Virus record (IMG/VR): IMGVR_UViG_3300025101_002824
Coordinates: 32,001-96,000 of that record
Origin: a virus
DNA length: 64,000 nucleotides
Direction: 5' to 3' (one strand)
Below are positions 57,801 to 64,000 of the stretch, piece by piece; the first letter of the stretch is position 1; the number at the start of each line of letters is the position of its first letter. The notes below the pieces were generated by a model that had not been told where the DNA came from, made no database searches, and saw only the letters and a list, made by a program, of their open reading frames with translations. The translations under genes were made by a program, and so were the position numbers.

Positions 57801-58314
57801 TGGCAAGTATGCAATGTATAAATTTATATTAGATGGTGATTATGCTAAAAGAATTGCTAGCAATATAGATGTTAATTTTGGTGATGGTGATATAAAAATA
57901 AAAGATCAAACTATTACAGTATTTTTAAATAAAGAATTATTTAGTAATCCTTTAGATCCAGATAGACAAAATTTTTCTATGATTAAAAGTTTAATAAATG
58001 ATCCAGTAAATCAAGGAACAGCTACATTAGATGTACCTAATGGAGGTCAAATTAAATTTGAAATGCAGAATGGTGTTGTATATCAAAAATATGCAACATA
58101 TAGTTTTGACGGTAAAAATATGGTATTAGGAGATTTTAGTCCTATTCAACCATTAGTTACTACTGATGGTGCTCCAATAACAGAAAGTAATATAGATAGA
58201 TTTTATATAGATCAAAAGAAAAAATTAGAACAATTAGCATCACAAAATTTATTATTACAAAAACAAACTAAACTTGAACAATCACCGTCTGATGAAGATG
58301 ATGAAGAAAACTAA
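54889..58314 (+). CDS. Putative ejection (cargo) protein, 1141 aa
   Basis: Helical protein directly upstream of the giant ORF; gene order resembles crAss-like cargo blocks. Confidence 0.55.
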   Translation: MATYLPNVKDYVPELKAYTPDFKFLSDALDQRQDRYNKTTKQLNNLYGDVVYADLSREDNQALRDSYAKKLAPKIQQISGLDFSLAQNVQAAKGLFKPFYEDEKLVRDIVYTKTYKDQMGLANSYKNAASDEQRKRYWDDGVQYMNYMMDDFQNKSRSESMSVPLPQYFENPNLYEKAMEVLNTGGPDGKGFKSTQTYVDQTGQFIVTQENGIALLSKPTGKQIANPNFDPNKKVSTSNPKMIEEMYNPAANLINETITDDPTIVQGYQIKAYNNARKFYEEEAKKSGLPVDQFKKQWVQMQLGQFDAESKQTLEKENVELNNTRSELASWDSYVKEAPLIEGSEEYQKWFYAMTKGETIEQGINKLEQKRNNILNGVDSEDLDALLNRGYAAYIANTLGKDIFTAARDYADLTSQHSFEESKIYLEKLRARNNKDLELFKRRLDLEEQIKKDLEEIERNSIRPNAIPGDSRENITSRGNQIERNEAGELKVHKEINTRKIQTLATFYRVMADDLNTQTNLDNMAGYLLTDANRGTGEVKSSGIFLPNQAGTALQFYQWDEAVQALNNNPQILDYHFNKIKQIQNDPDLAASYKKEINNNVRSTVGVLIDDIDLRNEKLTVIKDLESKVYKNVLSTIPVDDLRTGLGQENLSDWNIMLFDENGYMIPTETLYKNKVQEIVTNIQNLAPKSLPSDAEIYDQIFDPKTNNIITIDQGIPGALLTTKEAQDAMKSLPNDPSRFNPQMIMKVMGQAVRAKMLKDIAKTVNQDPGTFLVRYYQPTSDGTFKFGYGATEDFAPSYDTDESRSASDPNTYPMQIANEVLEYGSFKQIIDKVKNQMAVEMDKETAIPFETTFDFDSFYYGNQTDGDMSIAPIIPFRYDAGTKDKYVNQQLDLFFSAIDNMPDNQVFMTEGDAGAAFSMKISENDRRTAELVLNEIRADRNWKPGGGAETKGTPGYRIEYSGYGGGESADGKYAMYKFILDGDYAKRIASNIDVNFGDGDIKIKDQTITVFLNKELFSNPLDPDRQNFSMIKSLINDPVNQGTATLDVPNGGQIKFEMQNGVVYQKYATYSFDGKNMVLGDFSPIQPLVTTDGAPITESNIDRFYIDQKKKLEQLASQNLLLQKQTKLEQSPSDEDDEEN

Positions 58315-58322
58315 TATAAAAG

Positions 58323-61300
58323 ATGGCAGAAGAAACTATAAATTTAGATTTTCAACCTAATGTTCCTGACAATTCTAATATTAATGAAGCAGTTGATCAA
58401 ACAGCTTTAAATCAAGGAATTATTACAACGCCAGAGATTACACTTAATCCTCCAACAGGCGGTTATACTCCTACTAGCATACCATCAGTTAATGTTGATT
58501 TTGAAAACATAAGAGATCAATTAATAATTCCTAATTCTGGTGAGCCAATACAAACAACTATTGATCCAACAGTTGTTAGAGGAGCTAATGGTTTAGCTAA
58601 CATGATGAATTCTAATCCTGTTATTATGGATTATCCATATAATATGGATCCAAATTCTAGATTATTTAGATCAGAAAATGTTGTTGATGATCCATTAGGT
58701 CAAACTATTTTAGACTACAATGCTCCAGAATTAAATCAAACTGCTGTTTCTAATCCAATAGAATTACAACCATTAAATTTTGATAAAAAAGCTACAAACT
58801 ATGATAGGTATAATGCACCTGGTTTTAAACATTTATTTAATAAAATAGGATTTCATCCATATGTAGATAATGAAACTGTATATAATGCAAATTCTACATG
58901 GTGGGATGAAAATGCTAGAATGAGAGGTCAATGGGGTAGAATATTTAGTACTGGATTTATGAGTACTTATGATGCAATAGCTGATGCTTTTAATGGCAAT
59001 TATTTATCTGGAGATACAGATGGTGCAGATGTATTTGAAGATGCTATGAGAATAGGTAATTCTTCTAAAAGTGGTATAGGTGCATTTACCAATAATCTTA
59101 TGCTTAACTCAGGATATACTTTTGGTATTCTTGCAAATATTGCTGTAGAAGAACTTGCACTTGCTGGTTTAGAAGCAATAACAGTTGGAGGTGCTACTCC
59201 TATTGTAGCTAGTAGAACAGCATATAATATAGTTAGATTAGGTAAAGCTGCTGATAAATCATTAGATGTACTTAAAGGTGCTAAATCATCTGCAAACCTT
59301 GTAGATAAAGTAGAAGATGCTGCTACAGCTAGATCTTTTTGGCAAAATGCTGGTAGATGGACTATGAATGTTATGACTCCAAATACACTCAAAGCAATAA
59401 AAGAAATAAAGACTACACAAAATACAGCTAAAGCATTATCATTAATGGCTAAGACTGCTAAAACTGCAGGAGGTTTTTATAGAGATGCTAGAATGTTTAA
59501 TCTTGCAATAGCAGAAAGTAAGTTAGAAGCTGGTTTAGTACAGAATAAATTATATAATGATTTATTTCATGAGTATGTAGCAAAATATGGATCTAGACCT
59601 ATGGGTGATGATCTAAAAAAAATAAATAATACAGCGCAAGAAGCAGCATTTACTACATTAATGTGGAATTTTCCTGTTATTTTCTTTTCAAATCAATTTG
59701 TATTAGGTACTGCTCTAAGAGGATTTAGAGGATTATCTGGTGTATTTGGTAAAACTGCTGGATCATTAGGAAATAGAATAATGAGAAAGACAGCAACTAA
59801 AGGTGCAAAAGAAGCTGCTAAAACAGATGTTAAAATATTAAGTAAAAATAGACTTAAAAGAATATACGAAAGAGGATTATATGGTAATTTAAGAAATGCT
59901 GGTGCAAGCTTATTAAGATATTCTTCAGCTAATCTTGCAGAAGGTTTTCAAGAAATAACTCAAGAAGCTATTGCTGTAGGTGCAGAAGATTATTATAAAA
60001 ATCTTTATAGAGATCCTGCAATGGGTGGTCTTGATGCACAAATGGCATCTATATATTCAGGTGCAAAATCACAAATGAGTGGTCAAGGGTTTGAAGTATT
60101 TATGTCAGGATTTTTAATGGGTGGTTTAGTTCAAGGTCCACAAAAACTAGTATTTAATGGATTACCAAATTTGTATAGCAGGTTTGCAACACCAGAAGAA
60201 TTTGCAAAACAAAAAGAACAAGAAGAAGAATATCTAAAAGAAGCTAAACCAATACTAGAGGAAATGTATAATAATCCTCAAGAGTATTTTGATCCTAATA
60301 AGATCAATGCAATGTTTCAAAAAGAAGCTAGTCAGGATATGCTTAACTCTACATATGATGGAGATGTAAGATCATTTTATGACAAAAAAAATGCATTAAT
60401 ATTTAATCATTTATATACAGCAGCATCATTAGGTAAATTAGGAGACTTTGCTCAGTACCTTGAGGATATGTCTAAACTTGATGATCAAATGTTAGCTGAA
60501 GCAATGCCAGATCAAAGTGCAGATGATATTAAATCAGGTAAGACTAGAGAAAGACTTACTGAAATGTCAGAAAAAGCTGATGATATGCGTAAAGCTTTTG
60601 ACAAGCTTAATGAAGAAATTGTAAATCCTTTTGATCCAAATTTATACAAAGAAGGAACAAGAGAACAAAGAGAAGAAGCTATAAGATATGCTGCATTTGA
60701 TCATGCTAGAAAAATGGCAATGTTTGCTAGAGATCAATTTAATAATACTGCAAAAAGAATATCATCTATTTATAATACATTAAGTACAGATCCTATTATT
60801 GCTAAAATGGCAGCTAATGATATTGATGTTCTTACAGATATACAATCATTAATTTCTGAAATAAATTTATTAAAAAATGAAATTGATATAGCAACAAGAC
60901 CAACTGTTGTTACTGAAGAAGTTGAAGATGAAAAAACTGGAGAAAAATCAATAATAGAAAAAGAAGAAATACCAGAATTAAATACAGAAGAGTCAGCAGC
61001 ATTAAAAAGTAAACAAGCAAAATTAATTGCTTTACAAAATATATTTAATGTTATTACTGATCCTGCTAATGTTACTGAAAGAGAAATATTTTCAGATGCT
61101 GAATTAGAAAAAATTGAAGATCTTACTGAGCGTTCTAAAGAAAGAGCTGCACGTGATCAAAGAGTTAAAATTGTTGAAGATTTAAGAAAACAAATTTTAA
61201 GCACTGATGTTAATAGAGATGTAACATTAGAAGCTATTGTTAATATTATATCTGATAAAAATTTAATGAACTCATTTGGTGAGTTTGATGTTGCAAATAG

Positions 61301-64000
61301 AGATAAATTTAAAAAAGTATTTGTTGAATATTTAGATCTATTAGCAAAAGATTTAGGTGATAATATTCAATCAGATAAAATTGATGATTATGTAGATTTA
61401 ATTTTAGATTCTAAATCATTAACTCAAAGACAACAAATTTTAAGCAAAGCTGTAAGAACTATACTAGCTCCTCAAAATCTTGTATCATTAGCAGAAAGAA
61501 TTGAGCCTAGATTTAAAAGAGCATTTGAAGAAAACAAAAGAAATGTAACTCAAAGGCTAAGAGAATATTTAAAAGTTACTAAAACAAATATTTGGTTAAA
61601 TGAATTATCTGCTATAGGAGTATATCCTGATCATGCAGAATTAATTTCATATTTAGAAAAGAACGGACCAATACCAAAAACTTATTATACTGAAAATGGT
61701 TTACTTAATGAAGCTGATTCTCAATGGGAAAAAGCAAACTATATTATTTCTGCTCAAGAAAATTTAACAAAAGAAGATAAACCAAAAGTACAAGAAACAG
61801 AAGATATAGAAGATGATATAGATTATGAAACTAATTTTGTAGATGAAGTAGATGAAACAGATGTAGAAGAAGAAAGACAAAATCAAGAAGGTGATTTATT
61901 TTTAAAACAAAAATATATTGACTATGTTAAACAAAGTTCTGCTTCTAATAAAAAGTATTTACAGTTTAGTGATTGGGTAAACAACAAAGTATCTAAAAAA
62001 GCTAGAAGACAAGCAGTAGCTATAGAAGATATACATCAACAAGTATATAGCCCATTATTTTTAAAAAATAAAAATCTTCCTAACTTTTATGATTGGTTAC
62101 CTACTCAATCTAATAATGAAAAAGTATTAGATATATTATTGTTTAGAAATGTATCTTTTTATGATATTTTACCTAATACAGAATCTAGCCAAACTTTTAA
62201 TGAAAGTACTGTTAAATCTACAGATAAAGTTACAAAACATAAATCAGGATTAAATGTTACTGAAAGATCTACAGTTGATAAAGAAGATGGTAAAACTAAA
62301 AAAGTATATTTTATTACTGATAATAATAATAACCCTATTGATAGTAGTGCATATACATCTAAAAAAGATGCAACATTAGCTAGAAATAAAAAAATTAAAC
62401 AAAAGAAAAAGGCACCTACATTTGATTTTGGTAATCTAAAAGGTTTATCTAAAGGTACTGTCCTTGTTAAAAATGGTGTTTTATATACTGTTGGATCAAC
62501 AAAAGAAATGGTTGATAACTTTGGTAATTTTTATGTTGTTGAATCTTCTAAAGTAGGATCAAGAAAAGCTGAAGATAGAATTATAATAGACAATATAGAA
62601 GATGCTAACACATATAAAGAAGCTAGTCCAGAAAATATTAACTATATAAAAGATGCATCCAAATTAAAAATAGAAGAAGCAGTTAAAGTTAATCCAACTT
62701 ATGATAGAACAATTTCTGATAGGGTAGAGCAAATAGAAGATGGCATAACTAAACAACAAGCATTATTACGTAAGTTAGATCCTGAAAAAATAAAAACACT
62801 TAGATTACGTATTACTGTTGGTCCTAATCAATCTGAATTATCTAGACCAATAGAAGAAAAAGGTTCTTTTCAATTTGGAACTAAAAATGAAAATGTTAAA
62901 ATTAAAAAGAATGCACAATTATTATCTATAGAAATATATGATGAAGAAGGTAGTTATGGATATTTTCAAGGTCCTGAAACAGTTCTTTTTACAGATGGAC
63001 AAGCAAATCCTACACGTATTAGTCCATTTGAATTAACTGAATCTACTGTATTAGATTATTTTGATATACCAAATAAAATGTCTGCAGCTGATGCTTTAAG
63101 TATTGTTCAAAATAATTATGCTGAATCATATGAAATTTATAAAATTTTTAAAGAAGAACTTAAAGGAAGAGATATAATAGAAACTGATTTAACTAATTAT
63201 CCTCAGTTAATGCTTAAACTTTCTGAAGGTTCATTAACCAGAAGTAAATCTAATCCTTTAATTACTTTTGATTCACTTGAAACAATGTTTGTTAGTGAAG
63301 ATACTTCTAATACAATAGATGGAGAAAGACCTTACTTTATAATGGACTATAGTAGAAGGTATGAAAGACCTAAGAACAATAAAGAAAAAATGAAAGTTCA
63401 AGGTGCGCCTATAACTAATATAGATCAGTCAAGTGTTTTATTTGAAAATTTAATGTCAGAAGTTGATGAATTTGAAGCAAACTATGATGTTTTAAATAGA
63501 ATGGGTAAATACATTGCTTTTGTTAAATTATCTAATGGTAAATCTGCATTTGTAGGATTAACTGCTCCTGTCTATAGTCCTGAAAGTTTTAATGAACTTT
63601 TGCTTGAAATGCAAAATGAAGCAACAAGAGTTGCAGAAAAGAATGTTAATAAAGATGGTACTGTAAAAAATAAAACTGCAACAAAAGCATTTAATGAAAA
63701 AATAGCAGATACTATTTATTTAGCAGCTGAACCAGGAATATATATAGAATTAGGTATCTCTAATGTTGGTCAGTTATCTGTTAAATATACTAACATGAAT
63801 TTATCTAAAAGATCTAAAAATAGAGAAGCAAGAGGTTTTATTGGATATGATGAGTTAATGAAATTTAAAGATGTTCAAGAATTAATAAATAGATTAAATG
63901 AATTTGTAAAACCTATATACCCAACTGGGTTTACATTAGAATCTATAAAAACATCTGTACAAAAAGGTGAAAATGATATTGCTATATTAGGAACATTAGA
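58323..64000 (+). CDS. Giant ejection protein / virion RNA polymerase-associated protein, partial (>1890 aa)
   Basis: ATG at 58323 (MAEETINLDF...) and the same frame is open at the window end (...GENDIAILGTL); I spot-checked the interior rather than every codon. Gly/Ala-rich hydrophobic helices lie near the N-terminus. No RNAP catalytic motif seen in this part. Confidence 0.7.
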   Translation, partial: MAEETINLDFQPNVPDNSNINEAVDQTALNQGIITTPEITLNPPTGGYTPTSIPSVNVDFENIRDQLIIPNSGEPIQTTIDPTVVRGANGLANMMNSNPVIMDYPYNMDPNSRLFRSENVVDDPLGQTILDYNAPELNQTAVSNPIELQPLNFDKKATNYDRYNAPGFKHLFNKIGFHPYVDNETVYNANSTWWDENARMRGQWGRIFSTGFMSTYDAIADAFNGNYLSGDTDGADVFEDAMRIGNSSKSGIGAFTNNLMLNSGYTFGILANIAVEELALAGLEAITVGGATPIVASRTAYNIVRLGKAADKSLDVLKGAKSSANLVDKVEDAATARSFWQNAGRWTMNVMTPNTLKAIKEIKTTQNTAKALSLMAKTAKTAGGFYRDARMFNLAIAESKLEAGLVQNKLYNDLFHEYVAKYGSRPMGDDLKKINNTAQEAAFTTLMWNFPVIFFSNQFVLGTALRGFRGLSGVFGKTAGSLGNRIMRKTATKGAKEAAKTDVKILSKNRLKRIYERGLYGNLRNAGASLLRYSSANLAEGFQEITQEAIAVGAEDYYKNLYRDPAMGGLDAQMASIYSGAKSQMSGQGFEVFMSGFLMGGLVQGPQKLVFNGLPNLYSRFATPEEFAKQKEQEEEYLKEAKPILEEMYNNPQEYFDPNKINAMFQKEASQDMLNSTYDGDVRSFYDKKNALIFNHLYTAASLGKLGDFAQYLEDMSKLDDQMLAEAMPDQSADDIKSGKTRERLTEMSEKADDMRKAFDKLNEEIVNPFDPNLYKEGTREQREEAIRYAAFDHARKMAMFARDQFNNTAKRISSIYNTLSTDPIIAKMAANDIDVLTDIQSLISEINLLKNEIDIATRPTVVTEEVEDEKTGEKSIIEKEEIPELNTEESAALKSKQAKLIALQNIFNVITDPANVTEREIFSDAELEKIEDLTERSKERAARDQRVKIVEDLRKQILSTDVNRDVTLEAIVNIISDKNLMNSFGEFDVANRDKFKKVFVEYLDLLAKDLGDNIQSDKIDDYVDLILDSKSLTQRQQILSKAVRTILAPQNLVSLAERIEPRFKRAFEENKRNVTQRLREYLKVTKTNIWLNELSAIGVYPDHAELISYLEKNGPIPKTYYTENGLLNEADSQWEKANYIISAQENLTKEDKPKVQETEDIEDDIDYETNFVDEVDETDVEEERQNQEGDLFLKQKYIDYVKQSSASNKKYLQFSDWVNNKVSKKARRQAVAIEDIHQQVYSPLFLKNKNLPNFYDWLPTQSNNEKVLDILLFRNVSFYDILPNTESSQTFNESTVKSTDKVTKHKSGLNVTERSTVDKEDGKTKKVYFITDNNNNPIDSSAYTSKKDATLARNKKIKQKKKAPTFDFGNLKGLSKGTVLVKNGVLYTVGSTKEMVDNFGNFYVVESSKVGSRKAEDRIIIDNIEDANTYKEASPENINYIKDASKLKIEEAVKVNPTYDRTISDRVEQIEDGITKQQALLRKLDPEKIKTLRLRITVGPNQSELSRPIEEKGSFQFGTKNENVKIKKNAQLLSIEIYDEEGSYGYFQGPETVLFTDGQANPTRISPFELTESTVLDYFDIPNKMSAADALSIVQNNYAESYEIYKIFKEELKGRDIIETDLTNYPQLMLKLSEGSLTRSKSNPLITFDSLETMFVSEDTSNTIDGERPYFIMDYSRRYERPKNNKEKMKVQGAPITNIDQSSVLFENLMSEVDEFEANYDVLNRMGKYIAFVKLSNGKSAFVGLTAPVYSPESFNELLLEMQNEATRVAEKNVNKDGTVKNKTATKAFNEKIADTIYLAAEPGIYIELGISNVGQLSVKYTNMNLSKRSKNREARGFIGYDELMKFKDVQELINRLNEFVKPIYPTGFTLESIKTSVQKGENDIAILGTL

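Noticed and set aside
59008-59035. GDTDGAD as an RNA polymerase active site
   Set aside because: It does not fit the DxDxD spacing and lies in a hydrophobic helical region.
3561-59392. The many 60-154 aa ORFs antisense to or nested in large genes (e.g. 20256-20639, 20859-21323, 59000-59392)
   Set aside because: Shadow frames of AT-rich or repetitive coding DNA, with no motifs or start context.
1-64000. Stop-codon reassignment (TAG or TGA), known in some crAss-like phages
   Set aside because: Long genes are intact under code 11, and TAG ends genes at sensible places (20804, 48461, 51491).

Overview
AT-rich window (no host genes) from a Crassvirales-like (crAss-like) podophage, probably infecting a Bacteroidota host. 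The host call rests on TAnnTTTG promoter elements, A-rich SD-less starts and an SprB repeat. Bases 1-2625 hold small minus-strand hypothetical genes and a hairpin-rich divergence region. Bases 2844-64000 are one plus-strand block: a 2737-aa modular protein, phoH, a YkuD-like cell-wall enzyme, HU/IHF-like proteins, a PD-(D/E)xK nuclease, GroES, terminase, portal, scaffold-like protein, major capsid protein, ring/tail proteins, Cys-rich fibre proteins, a 2806-aa muzzle-like protein with an inserted VWA domain, and putative ejected cargo proteins ending in a giant ORF that runs off the window. The most notable signal is a short linker motif, x-x-x-G-G-(x)n-[LI]-x-K-A-Q-x-G. It recurs in the 2737-aa protein, in three cargo proteins 36-52 kb away, and in a 35-aa basic peptide. 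It sits at the borders of recognisable modules: a clan-CD-like His/Cys protease, a T4-like lysozyme, an HExxH zincin, an R-S-E ADP-ribosyltransferase and a beta-barrel ending in a beta-signal. This suggests a MARTX-like, motif-delimited and possibly self-processing effector payload in the virion; that reading is inference. All family calls come from visual motif recognition and gene order, not from database searches.
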